From: an uncultured virus (IMG/VR IMGVR_UViG_3300033571_018919)
Lineage: Duplodnaviria > Heunggongvirae > Uroviricota > Caudoviricetes
DNA length: 64,000 nt
Strand: one strand, 5' to 3'
IMG/VR virus record: IMGVR_UViG_3300033571_018919
Location: 62,001-126,000 of that record
Shown: positions 12,001-18,080 of the stretch, piece after piece
Layout: each line of letters begins with the position of its first letter
Position numbering within the stretch: the stretch's first letter is position 1
The notes under the pieces: generated by a model
The model's input: only the letters and a program-made list of their open reading frames with translations
Told to the model about the DNA's origin: nothing
The model's database searches: none
Made by a program: the position numbers and the translations under genes

Positions 12001-13641
12001 TCAGATAATGCATTCTTTGCTTTAACCTCCTCCTACTGGGATGCAGACTTCACTATTGAATTTTTTATAAAAACTACGGACACAAAGTCACCTGCAGTAA
12101 TTTTTAGTAATTGGTTTGACTCTAGCTTTTTAGGTGGTTCTTTTTCTTTGAGTATCTTCTTAGGACAAGTTCGTGTTTCTCATTATCAAAGTAGTGGAAC
12201 AAATCAAACACAATTTATATCCACAGCAACATCTGTTAACGACAATAATTGGCATCATGTTGCATTTACTCAAGTACAAGGTATTAGTACTAAAACTTTT
12301 CGTATTTTTATTGACGGAATATTAAGTGCGTACAATGTTCAAACTACTTGGACGCAAGGAAGTTCAAACCCTAACAGCTACATTGCGTCACAAAATCCAG
12401 GAACATTTGGTGTAGCAAGTAGATATTTTAATGGATATCTTTCTAACTTTAGATTAGTAACTTCAGTAGTTTACTCTACTAGTAGTACGACTATTGGAGC
12501 AACAATATTTACGCCTCCATCAAATGCTTTAACCAATATATCAGGAACTCAAGTATTAATTATGGTTCAACCTGTTACTGGTTCGGGTGGCTACAGTTCT
12601 ACATTTGCAGGTTCGGCAACTACTTATGCTATTCGTGATGACGGTAACTTATATGCATGGGGTTTAGGAACTACAGGACAAATAAGTGGCTATGAACAAG
12701 CAATTAATAGATCCAATCCAAACCAAATAGGTAATAATTATCTTAGTGTCAATCAAAGCAGTCCGGTTTTAATTGCTAGTGGTAGTTGGAGTAAAATAGG
12801 TGCTGGTGCTAGTGTAAGTGCAGCTATACGCAGTGATGGGTTGCTATTTACTTGGGGTTTGAACACATCAGGCCAAATGGGTGATAATACAGTAATTGCT
12901 AAATCAAGTCCTGTACAAATTGGTAATAGTAGTTGGGCACAAGTAAGTGTAATTGATAACCATATGATAGCTTTGGATACTGCTAGTTCAGCATATACAT
13001 GGGGATTAAATGCTAGTGGTCAATTAGGTGATGGTACTACAATTAATAAAAGCAATCCTGTGTTATTGGGTAGTTTTACCACAATCGCCGCCGGTTCCTC
13101 ATTTACAGGTGGTATTACTAATACAGGTGCTTTGTTCATGTGGGGTGTAGGTGCACTCGGGGTTCTTGGCAATAGTGCAACAATTAATCGTTCAAGCCCA
13201 ATACAAATAGGAACAAGTAGTTGGACAGCTATAGCAGCAGGAGCAAGCGTTGCTAGTGCAATCAGAAGTGACGGTAGCATATTTAATTGGGGAGCAGGCA
13301 CTTTAGGTCAATTAGGTCAAGCATATTCTATTATATCACGTTCAAGCCCAATACAATTAGGAAATGAGTATGCGGTTGCTAACGTGTACATACCAACAAA
13401 AATTGATGGTGAGTTGGGTACAACGTCTTGGTCTTCAGTGAGTGCAGGAAATTCATATTCAGCAGGAATTTCAAATAATAACTCTTTATTCTTGTGGGGA
13501 TTAAATAACGCCGGCCAAATAGGACTGAATGATACTATTAATAGATCAAGCCCAACTCAAGTAACCGGTACTTATTCGGAAGTTAGTGCTGGTAATTCGT
13601 TTACAGGCGCTAGAGCTATTATATATCCAACATCACAATAA
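64..13641 (+). CDS. Giant RCC1/BLIP-II repeat beta-propeller protein with five LamG/concanavalin-like insertions; probable virion fibre or adhesin-like protein
   Basis: 4525 aa; dozens of ~50-aa repeats of the form WxxVSAGxxHxxAIxxDGxLxxWGxNxxGQLGDxTTINKSSPVQIG; LamG-like blocks (FTIEFW, WYHVAV, GYLSNVRIVKG) at about 7220-7870, 8235-8895, 9270-9975, 10370-11025 and 11890-12565; Ser/Thr/Gly/Asn-rich, no evident signal peptide. Confidence 0.9.
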   Translation: MPTNSPVLLGNKLPYNLPEPQKVDNNSWTQVSAFNDFTVGLRSNSILYAWGTNNSYQIGDGTTLNKSTPTQISNSSFLVVSAGFDHSAAITTNNTLFVWGNSASTFVQTINFSWTKVASSGNHTLAIRNDNTLWTWGLNTAGQLGDGTTINKSSPVQIGSGTWNDISAAVSHSVAIDSDYKLYVWGQNNAGQIGDNTSINKSSPVQIGSNSWLQVASGNSYTVSINSLNEMFAWGLNTSYQLGDRTVINKSSPVQIGSTFSWSSVSAGVDHSLAITTDNQLYIWGNPAGAGIQEPTTIYSWTQVTAGNIYTTAIRSDGSLWTWGRNTEGQLGQNNVILQSSPVQVGNSSYTQVSGKWSHTSAIKADSTIIGYGSNTYGELGDGTTIAKSNPVTLSSSFTNTSWTSVSASVNHTAAIRNDGRIYIWGLNTSGQLGDNTAISKSNPVSLASPFDTSSWTQVDLGRDFALARRLDGKLYAWGFNDLGQLGIVNSTFPIGGDTLNRSNPVLISDSSWIQVSAGFDHSLAIRSDNTLWTWGSSVAIGLVTEPMSWLAVSGGATHTLGIRDNGTLWTWGTNDQGQLGNSTTVIRLSPVQIGLTRWASVSAGSSYSHAIDQAGLLYAWGLNSSGQLGDNSSINKSSPVQIGSSSWIEVTDGVNHTLAIDADGRLYGWGQFTSGQTGVYDEIYSWTQITSGLGLRTDGTLWAWGQLTGDGTTIIRSSPVQIGSSDWSSIAPIFSMIDPKAALKTNGTLWMWGTNALGQLGQNDTINRSSPVQVAGSWNQISVQSGHAAARNVSNIIYTWGKNEAGQLGDGTTIDKSSPVLLSGAFGTTSWTSVSVGWSHTAALRNDNIIYIWGWNNQGQLGTGLTTSRSNPVTLDGAFATSSFVAVSSGALHTLAVRSDSRLVAWGYNLEGSLGDNTTINKSTPVVIGTSSWSVVTAARTNNLAVTTTGTLWFWGADGGSGSSAQNATINRSAPTQIGALTNWASAGVVSAINNLGVAFVWGSGGSANTSNTYLLNTTVDASSPVQVGGFRWPPTKYYSPQQVGTSSFSLVSAGSSYSMGINAEDLLYGWGVNNSGQQADGTTVAKSSPVQITTSSYISVSAGFDHVLAIASNGTLWTWGNSAAIGLVVQPQSWSEISSGSSHTLAIRSDGALFAWGIGTSGQLGNTLAISNSSPVQVGTSSWSQVKAGTNVSLAIDTNNRLFGWGLNTSAQLGIGVITNRSSPVLITSGSWIGLAAGGTHTFAIDSTNKLYGWGNNDSGQIIPYGSYFPTGYSPVSAGGGFFAAIRTSDSGLLLWGRNNFGQLGQGNTIDRSNPIQLGSNSWKQVAAGTSFISAIRSDDTLWTWGLNTSGQLGDNTSISKSSPVQVAGSWLSISGGATHALGVKIDNTLWSWGSNDVGQLGDSTVVNKSSPVQIGTRSWSSVNAGNSYSLAIDTTGIVYGWGWNTSGQLGDGTTTNRNSPVLLASPFNTTSFSQVTAGFSHSLGFTTSGLLYSWGGNSVGELGLGLITSRSNPTQITQYSGLLPQNGSWSFIYAGQQISTAINNNNLYVWGSGASGQLGLGDTINRSIPVQTGIGYSWKAAALEVATNLGAGYLRSDNSVWVTGNNTFGNLGNSTTVNRSAPVIVGSTSISTPVQVGTSSWSQISAGASYSAGIDSLGKLYTWGLNNTYQLGNNTTVDRNDVINQLTNSSWTSVSTGLNHVLAIASNNSLHAWGSAAAVGLSNVTALSWSTIASGGQSSHLAAIRSDGALFTWGLNTNGQLGDGTTINKSSPTQISGTISWTSVAVDLSNTMAIRLGGTLFVWGGNASGQLGLSDTINRSNPVLLDYNSWSQISVNTSHTAGIRSNQLYVWGNNVSGQIGDNTTINKSSPVQVTGSWNSVSAGAQYTIGINNSSLLFVWGVNAAFQLGTGNTVSRSSPVQIATGTSYSIISAGPTHAVAIDTTSKLWTWGQQSSVGIDVNSWTQVSIGNQFVLAIRNDGRLFAWGVNSSGQLGLGDTILRSSPVLVGNNSWSAISAAIGGNNSAGIASDGKLFTWGNNNTGQLGDGTTINKSSPVQISSGSSFSLVAAGPGFLLAASTNYALFTSGGNSVGQLGDGTTINKSTPVQITDPSVQSWIFISAGTSYSGGIDNLGKLYTWGTNFLGILGHGDTINRSKPTIVSGSTSWSKVSAGGVNTLGITNLGALYAWGQNNVGQIGDGTTINKSSPVQIGSSSWSAVAASDSVSMAIRSDNTLWTWGHNSVGQLGIGLTTNRSSPVQVVAGAQWSSIASSGNNTMVAISIATGTSNKLYLWGFNASGQLGTGDTVNRSSPTLLAGTTGTVIPTKILNYQSFSQVSTGISYTIAKRANDNVLMGWGINTSGQLGDNTATQARRSNPTLIGYRTFVDASENNITSVTFTGSPKNVDFSPFANQPYNTVTSGGSTQFSGLGDVINCGTNSVFAFGTGPFCIEFWCYNNILKAVAAVTTNPSVTSVTDSFIVGWDAAGSYNVVVGNTTFASSPGFIKTNVWQHIVCCRDSSNNVAVFIDGVRGSPGVVASNLVRTTLGIGDFPTTPSQNIDGYLSNVRLVKGSSVYDPTLSTLTVPTSPLTAIANTVLLTCQTFGTAYTGNISALGSTSVFGNSNSQLYVTGLAASGQLGDNTTINKSSSVQLGTGYVGLNTNYNTPTLISNQSWSSVSAGTSYSLALRNDNSLFAWGLNSSGQLGVSNAVARGFPTQITNNSSTFTDNSTNNFTITPNLYARMVNFTPFATVPYDTSVYGGSGSFISNDTYVSIASNAAFDLPGDFTIELWFYLNFPPVANSVMLLDRWVTGVAGSYQLYYRGTGRSITFLVDSATVLLQDPSPDTILPNVWYHVAVVRNGVGSNNVTLYINGLPKISATYTSSLTTSNTLYLGTQGSTLTADLDGYLSNVRIVKGVAVYTSSFVVPTSPLTAISGTSLLTCRDIGSTTIFNKFSAGAAHTLIRNSASTQVSAFGLTTSGQLGLGDTINRSSPVIVGSGTQINTYTNSPVLVTPGTSGYTQVFAGQSFSVVKRTDEVYVWGLNSSGQLGDNSIINKSSPTLLSAGTNLQIVDQSNSGFSILRNGTGYSTTVVPFAGAISGYFGGSPNGLQVVNANQLDFGVGDFCMECWIYPTLSYYPLSGVFMSHGQYNGSGYYIGMSCYQGNIRVAISNPNTTLTTTVGVTPFTANTWYHVAVIRNQSTVLPSTMNMYVNGTIIGSITNTNNYDSVANEGIGSAFAGSGARSPYYYFTGYISNVRIVKGNYVYGGNGAVGNFTPPTSPLAKTQSAGTNINAITGNETSLLIYNTPSSVTEVSEGFNLISAGYTHVTSVSSNNKLYAWGLNSSGQFGTGNAVTYSSPVLVGNSQIINTGTLSPVQVNFGLPNSWASVAAGQSFSMVRAFDGSVYVWGLNSSGQLGQSDSINRSKPTLVGGQLNAVLDVSSAANTITKYGTTYTTTTVPTAGSVAGYFNGVSDYLRCDAALSGLTTTTAQFTIEGYGNPSTYSGFANGRFMIGINSKSSGTNNLLIGVDRIYYNGTEISSLSLPLNTWTHFAATFDGTTFRYFIGGVESYSEVAAPQTAFSNNVFLIGTEADAADGGTLGNYLQGYLSNIRVTPQALYTGTFTPPTGILTTSSVGTSGPNVAASLSGTVSFLTYTTAAATIDGAQPFYQSSIAAGATHSTTVNDFNILYAWGAGGSGQLGTNAINNLSSPVVVGGQTNADFRSPILAASGSWSSASAGASHSLAIKVDNTLYGWGLNNAGQLGLNNTIDRSSVTQIDTTDAYASVSAGSSTSMVIKLNNLLYATGLGTSGVLGTNTAINRSSFVQVGSNSWTLVSTGLTTSMGIDSNNLLYSWGATTLGQLGLSTTTPARSNPTLVQGINHQTKSPTLVAGSWNAINAGLSHTAALRNAQLYTWGLATSGQIGNNSVTNRSSPVLIGAGLVTIVDISSFSRTISTSGSPYSQNIVIPFANTSSTSFDGSSDNAFFALTSSYWDADFTIEFFIKTTDTKSPAVIFSNWFDSSFLGGSFSLSIFLGQVRVSHYQSSGTNQTQFISTATSVNDNNWHHVAFTQVQGISTKTFRIFIDGILSAYNVQTTWTQGSSNPNSYIASQNPGTFGVASRYFNGYLSNFRLVTSVVYSTSSTTIGATIFTPPSNALTNISGTQVLIMVQPVTGSGGYSSTFAGSATTYAIRDDGNLYAWGLGTTGQISGYEQAINRSNPNQIGNNYLSVNQSSPVLIASGSWSKIGAGASVSAAIRSDGLLFTWGLNTSGQMGDNTVIAKSSPVQIGNSSWAQVSVIDNHMIALDTASSAYTWGLNASGQLGDGTTINKSNPVLLGSFTTIAAGSSFTGGITNTGALFMWGVGALGVLGNSATINRSSPIQIGTSSWTAIAAGASVASAIRSDGSIFNWGAGTLGQLGQAYSIISRSSPIQLGNEYAVANVYIPTKIDGELGTTSWSSVSAGNSYSAGISNNNSLFLWGLNNAGQIGLNDTINRSSPTQVTGTYSEVSAGNSFTGARAIIYPTSQ

Positions 13642-13661
13642 TTAATTTTGGCAAAGATATA

Positions 13662-13694
13662 TCTCTCTATAAATATCTAACGTTTATAGAGGGA
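13662..13694 (+). promoter_or_regulatory. T4-type late promoter TATAAATA (13668-13675) inside a hairpin that pairs with the Shine-Dalgarno of the next gene
   Basis: CTCTCTATAAA (13663-13673) pairs with TTTATAGAGGG (13683-13693); GAGGG ends 8 nt before ATG 13702. Confidence 0.65.
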
Positions 13695-13701
13695 AAATTT
13701 T

Positions 13702-15417
13702 ATGCATCCAATTGATCAACTATTGGCATATCAATTAGAAGGAAAACAAAAAGAAGCTTGGGAAATCTCTGAGAGAATGGAAAGTGAAGGCCCAGAAAAT
13801 TGCAAAGATCCAACAGGTAAAGTAAATCCAGAAACATGGATACGTCACAGTTTTAATCGTGGTTGGTTTTTATTACAACAAGGCGATTATCAAAAAGGTT
13901 GTCAACAATTAGAAAATGGAAGATTCATCAGTGTATATGGAAGTGGTCCACTAAAAACTGATGCACCTATTTATAATCCACAAGAACATGACATTGTAGG
14001 CAAATCAATAATAATTTCATTAGAGGGTGGTTATGGTGACGAGATTATTCATGCACGTTTCGCAACAAGTTTCAAAAATAAAGGTGCTAGTAAAGTATAT
14101 CTAGCAGCCGCGCCCGAATTAGTAAGTGTTTTTAAAAGAATTGAAGGTGTTGATGACGTTATATTACGCAATCAGGCACACACGGTTCAACACGATTATT
14201 GGGTTCCTGGCTTTAGTGCGGGTTGGGTAGTCGGACATACTTTTGATGATTTTCCGGGTAAACCTTACATGAGCCCACTTCCTGCAAGTGTCGATATATG
14301 GAAAAATTTAATTAACAGTGAAAAAATAAAAGTTGGTATACGTTGGGCAGGTAATCCTAAATTTGAACATCAGCAGTTTAGAAAGTTTCCCGAAGCTTTC
14401 ATGACCAACCTTGCAAAATATAAAGAACTTCAAATTTACAGTTTACAACGTGATCATAATATTATTCAATTACCAGAAGGTGTAACTGATTTACAACACT
14501 TCTTACTAAGTTGGGAAGATACGATGGCATGTATTGCTAACTTAGACATCGTTATTACTAGTTGTACAAGTATCGCACATATAGCCGCAGCTATGGGCAA
14601 AGAAACATGGGTGACACCTCCGATTCTACCATATCATACTTGGGCGTATGGAAGTCCTGAAAACACAACTAGTCCTTATTACGAATGTGTTAAGTTATTT
14701 AGACAAGAAGAATCAGGAAAATGGAATACAACATTTCAAAAATTATACAGTGCATTAGAAGAAAAATTCAATTTAGAACATGTAGAAATGCCAAATGAGG
14801 ATAAAGTATTAAAACGTTTGAATTTAGGTTGCGGTATTAATAAATTTGACGGGTATCTAAATGTTGATAACAGTGAATTAGTTAAGCCAGATCAAATAGT
14901 TGATTTAAATGTTACTCCTTGGCCATGGAAAGATAATGAGTTTGGTCATATAGTAGCCAAAGATGTACTAGAACATTTAGGAGATACACCTAAAGACTTT
15001 ATGAACATCTTAAAAGAGATGTATCGTATCAGTGATAACGGAGCGGTATGGGAAGTACAAGTACCACATTGGCGCTGTGATATAGCAGTTGATGATCCTA
15101 CACATAGACGAGTGATAACGTTAGGTACTTTTATGCTATTAAATCAAAAGAAAAACTTTGAACGTATGAAAGAAAATCAAAGTGATTCATTATTAGCATT
15201 TGAACATGATATTGATTTAGAAGTATGTGATGTTAATTTTGAATATTTACCACATTGGAGTGAAAGATTAAAAAGAGGTGAAATTTCTGAAGAAGAATTA
15301 AATTATGCTTTGAACACATTTAATAATGTTGCTTTAAGTATGAGATTACTAATTCAAGTAAATAAACCGGGTCGGGTGTCAATAGGCGAAATAGAATCTT
15401 TTATAGCCAATAAATAA
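13702..15417 (+). CDS. TPR-associated GT-B (GT9/heptosyltransferase-like) glycosyltransferase fused to a class I SAM methyltransferase domain
   Basis: EGGYGDEI, KVGIRWAGNP and DTMACIANLDIVITSCTSIAHIAAAMGK motifs of TPR-GT9-like proteins; C-terminal LNLGCG...DVLEHL...EMYRI methyltransferase motifs. Confidence 0.75.
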   Translation: MHPIDQLLAYQLEGKQKEAWEISERMESEGPENCKDPTGKVNPETWIRHSFNRGWFLLQQGDYQKGCQQLENGRFISVYGSGPLKTDAPIYNPQEHDIVGKSIIISLEGGYGDEIIHARFATSFKNKGASKVYLAAAPELVSVFKRIEGVDDVILRNQAHTVQHDYWVPGFSAGWVVGHTFDDFPGKPYMSPLPASVDIWKNLINSEKIKVGIRWAGNPKFEHQQFRKFPEAFMTNLAKYKELQIYSLQRDHNIIQLPEGVTDLQHFLLSWEDTMACIANLDIVITSCTSIAHIAAAMGKETWVTPPILPYHTWAYGSPENTTSPYYECVKLFRQEESGKWNTTFQKLYSALEEKFNLEHVEMPNEDKVLKRLNLGCGINKFDGYLNVDNSELVKPDQIVDLNVTPWPWKDNEFGHIVAKDVLEHLGDTPKDFMNILKEMYRISDNGAVWEVQVPHWRCDIAVDDPTHRRVITLGTFMLLNQKKNFERMKENQSDSLLAFEHDIDLEVCDVNFEYLPHWSERLKRGEISEEELNYALNTFNNVALSMRLLIQVNKPGRVSIGEIESFIANK

Positions 15418-16100
15418 TGTTAAAATTAGACTATAGTTATAATCTATCAATCGAATCAGCCTACATCATCACTTTAAAAAATCATCCAATAAGTGAAAAA
15501 ATGTCAGCGAGGTGTCAACAAAGCCTCGCTGCATTAAATATGCCATATAAAGTATGGGATGCATTTGACGGTACTTCAGGCACAATTATTGAACCTAACC
15601 ACAGCAAAGATGCAAGCTGGACTAGTTGGATTAAGTGGGTAGATAAAGAGTTAAGTATCACTGAGGTAAGTGTTGCATTAAGTCACATTAGCTTGTGGGC
15701 ACGTTGCATTGAACTCGATCAACCTATTATAATACTTGAGCATGATGCAATTATGCTTAAAGAAATTAGAGATCATCCTGTAACAGGTGTCATTCATTAT
15801 TTGGGTAGTTATGAACAGGCTAAGAAAGGTTGGCCTGTACTTATTACGCCTCCCCATGCGACCAATGGTAATAATTATCATTTTATATGCAGGGCACATG
15901 CGTACAGTATTGACCCATGGTCAGCAAAAAATGCACTATCATATGTAATTAAATATGGCATTTGCGAATCCTTAGATATCATGTTGCGCAGTGATATTAT
16001 ACCTGCAATTCAATTGGGATTATATGCATATGATGAAAGCGATATTGCAAATACTACAATTGTTGGTCGTAAGAAAACGATGGATGGCAAGGAACGTTAA
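15417..16100 (+). CDS. Glycosyltransferase family 25-like protein
   Basis: AYIITL...WDAFDG...LSHISLW...IIILEHDA pattern typical of GT25. Confidence 0.75.
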   Translation: MLKLDYSYNLSIESAYIITLKNHPISEKMSARCQQSLAALNMPYKVWDAFDGTSGTIIEPNHSKDASWTSWIKWVDKELSITEVSVALSHISLWARCIELDQPIIILEHDAIMLKEIRDHPVTGVIHYLGSYEQAKKGWPVLITPPHATNGNNYHFICRAHAYSIDPWSAKNALSYVIKYGICESLDIMLRSDIIPAIQLGLYAYDESDIANTTIVGRKKTMDGKER

Positions 16101-17398
16101 TGTATTCCATTGTAATACCACATTTAAGTGATAGCAAATATATAGATACGTGTATAAAATATATTAAAGAAAATAGTAAGTATGATCCTGAGATCATACA
16201 AATCGTAGATGAAATAGACGTATATTATGCTTTTAACAAAGGCGTCTATCAAGCTAGTAATGATATCGTAGTATTAATGAATGATGATATGATTGTTAGT
16301 GAAAATTGGGATGAGTTTATTCCGTTATTTTTGGCAGAAGATACTTTTCTAACATTTAACGTAGTAGAAGCTAATCCAGGAAAAATGGATGGTCCTGAGT
16401 GTATAAAATACGATTGCGGAGATAGTTTAGATAATTTTAACTATGAAAAGTTTGACCGTTTTGTAAAAGAAAATAAAGATCAAATGCCAATCATACAGTT
16501 TAATACGATTGGTTGGTATATGCCTTTTGTAGTAAATCGTAAAAGTTTCGTGTCATATCCAAACATTGACAAATTCCCTTTATATGCCAATGATGTGACA
16601 CTTTTTCATTCAGTTTTACCTAATTTGGGATATAAAGTTGCATTATTGAATAGTTTCGTGTATCATTTCAGTAGAAAGGGTACCCAACAGTTTTATAAAG
16701 AGAAGATTATGAAAAAACGAGCCATATTTACATATAGTAATCATCAAATAGATGAGAAGATTTCTTATTTACAAAAACAGATGATTAGTAGATACAACAC
16801 AAACAAGTTGTGCAAGTATGAATATTTGCACTATAAAAAACCTGATGGAGAAATGACACCCGATCAAGTGATTGAATATGGACTCGATAAATTATTTTAC
16901 GTAGATAATTATCATACTATCCTAATGTTAGATATAGATTGTGTACCATTAAGTACTCATGCACTAGAATATACATTTGAACGTGCGGAACAGGGAGTTT
17001 TAATTGGTAATGTTCAACGAAGTAATCATATAGAAAACAACAAACATATATATCCAGCTCCTAGTTGTATCGCATTAACAAAAGAAATGTATGAAAAATT
17101 AGGTAAACCAAGTTGGAAACCTACAAACAGGGGCGATATAGGAGAAGAACTTTGTTATATTGCAGAGGAAAAAGGCATAGAAATAGAAATGTTTATGCCC
17201 AGCAAGTACGAAGAAATACCATATTGGAATACAGATGAACGCAAGCCTTGGGACTTGCGTGATGGTGATCCGCAATTTGGTATAGGAACTACGTTCGTAG
17301 ACAAAGATGGCAATGAAATGTTCTATCATTTATTTCAAAGTAGATTGAATGTGTTCAATCATTTGTTCTTCCTTAAATGTGCGAGTGTGATGCTATGA
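16100..17398 (+). CDS. Two-domain glycosyltransferase (GT2-like plus a second DxD domain)
   Basis: YSIVIP...FNKGV...VLMNDDM N-terminal GT-A domain; second domain with MLDIDCVP. Confidence 0.7.
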   Translation: MYSIVIPHLSDSKYIDTCIKYIKENSKYDPEIIQIVDEIDVYYAFNKGVYQASNDIVVLMNDDMIVSENWDEFIPLFLAEDTFLTFNVVEANPGKMDGPECIKYDCGDSLDNFNYEKFDRFVKENKDQMPIIQFNTIGWYMPFVVNRKSFVSYPNIDKFPLYANDVTLFHSVLPNLGYKVALLNSFVYHFSRKGTQQFYKEKIMKKRAIFTYSNHQIDEKISYLQKQMISRYNTNKLCKYEYLHYKKPDGEMTPDQVIEYGLDKLFYVDNYHTILMLDIDCVPLSTHALEYTFERAEQGVLIGNVQRSNHIENNKHIYPAPSCIALTKEMYEKLGKPSWKPTNRGDIGEELCYIAEEKGIEIEMFMPSKYEEIPYWNTDERKPWDLRDGDPQFGIGTTFVDKDGNEMFYHLFQSRLNVFNHLFFLKCASVML

Positions 17399-18078
17399 AA
17401 AGTACGAGGGATATATTTTGGAAGTTAAAACTAAAATGTCACAAGTGGGAAAACTATTTTGACATTTATGATAAAATAATGCCCAAATATAAAAACACTC
17501 ATCCTAAAATTTTAGAGGTTGGTGTAGCACACGGTGGCTCTTTAGAACTGTGGATTAACTATTTTGAAAATGATTTAGATTTGTACGCAGTTGATATAAA
17601 CAAAGATTTTTTAGGATACAAATTTGATGAAGTAGAAGTTAATTATAGCTGTGTGGATCAAGGTAGTCAGGAACATTGGGATGCATATTTAAAAGACGAT
17701 AAAACATTTGATATTATCATCGATGATGGAAGTCATATGATGAATGATCAAATTGTAACATTATTGAACTTATTTCCTAAATTGAATAACGGTGGTATGT
17801 ACATAATAGAAGATACTCATACTAGTTATTGGAGTGACTGGGAGGGTGGTTTACATAAACAGGGAACATGTATAGAGTTTTGCAAACAACTAATTGATTT
17901 ATTACACTCACCTCATATTTCACAGTCAGCACCTCCCGAACTTGCTAGAGTGTTTAAAGATTTAAAATCTGTAAACTTTTATAATAGTATGATTGTTTTA
18001 GAAAAAGAGCATGTAGAGCATCCTGCAAAACCTGCACACAATGAAGAAAGCTGGCACCCCGATTTTAAATGGGGCTAA
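17395..18078 (+). CDS. Class I SAM-dependent methyltransferase (sugar O-methyltransferase-like)
   Basis: ILEVGVAHGGSL, DIIIDDGSH and GGMYIIED motifs; start placed at the ATG overlapping the upstream stop (ATGA). Confidence 0.8.
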   Translation: MKSTRDIFWKLKLKCHKWENYFDIYDKIMPKYKNTHPKILEVGVAHGGSLELWINYFENDLDLYAVDINKDFLGYKFDEVEVNYSCVDQGSQEHWDAYLKDDKTFDIIIDDGSHMMNDQIVTLLNLFPKLNNGGMYIIEDTHTSYWSDWEGGLHKQGTCIEFCKQLIDLLHSPHISQSAPPELARVFKDLKSVNFYNSMIVLEKEHVEHPAKPAHNEESWHPDFKWG

Positions 18079-18080
18079 AC

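Noticed and set aside
1356..13301. Short minus-strand ORFs within the giant gene
   Set aside because: Antisense shadows of the repetitive coding strand; no RBS or protein-like motifs
64..13641. Recurring DNA repeats (e.g. GGTCAATTAGGTGATGG...AAATCAAGTCC) as a CRISPR array or DGR template/variable repeats
   Set aside because: Repeats vary at synonymous positions and follow the protein repeat; no constant repeat-spacer pattern, and no cas or reverse transcriptase gene in the window
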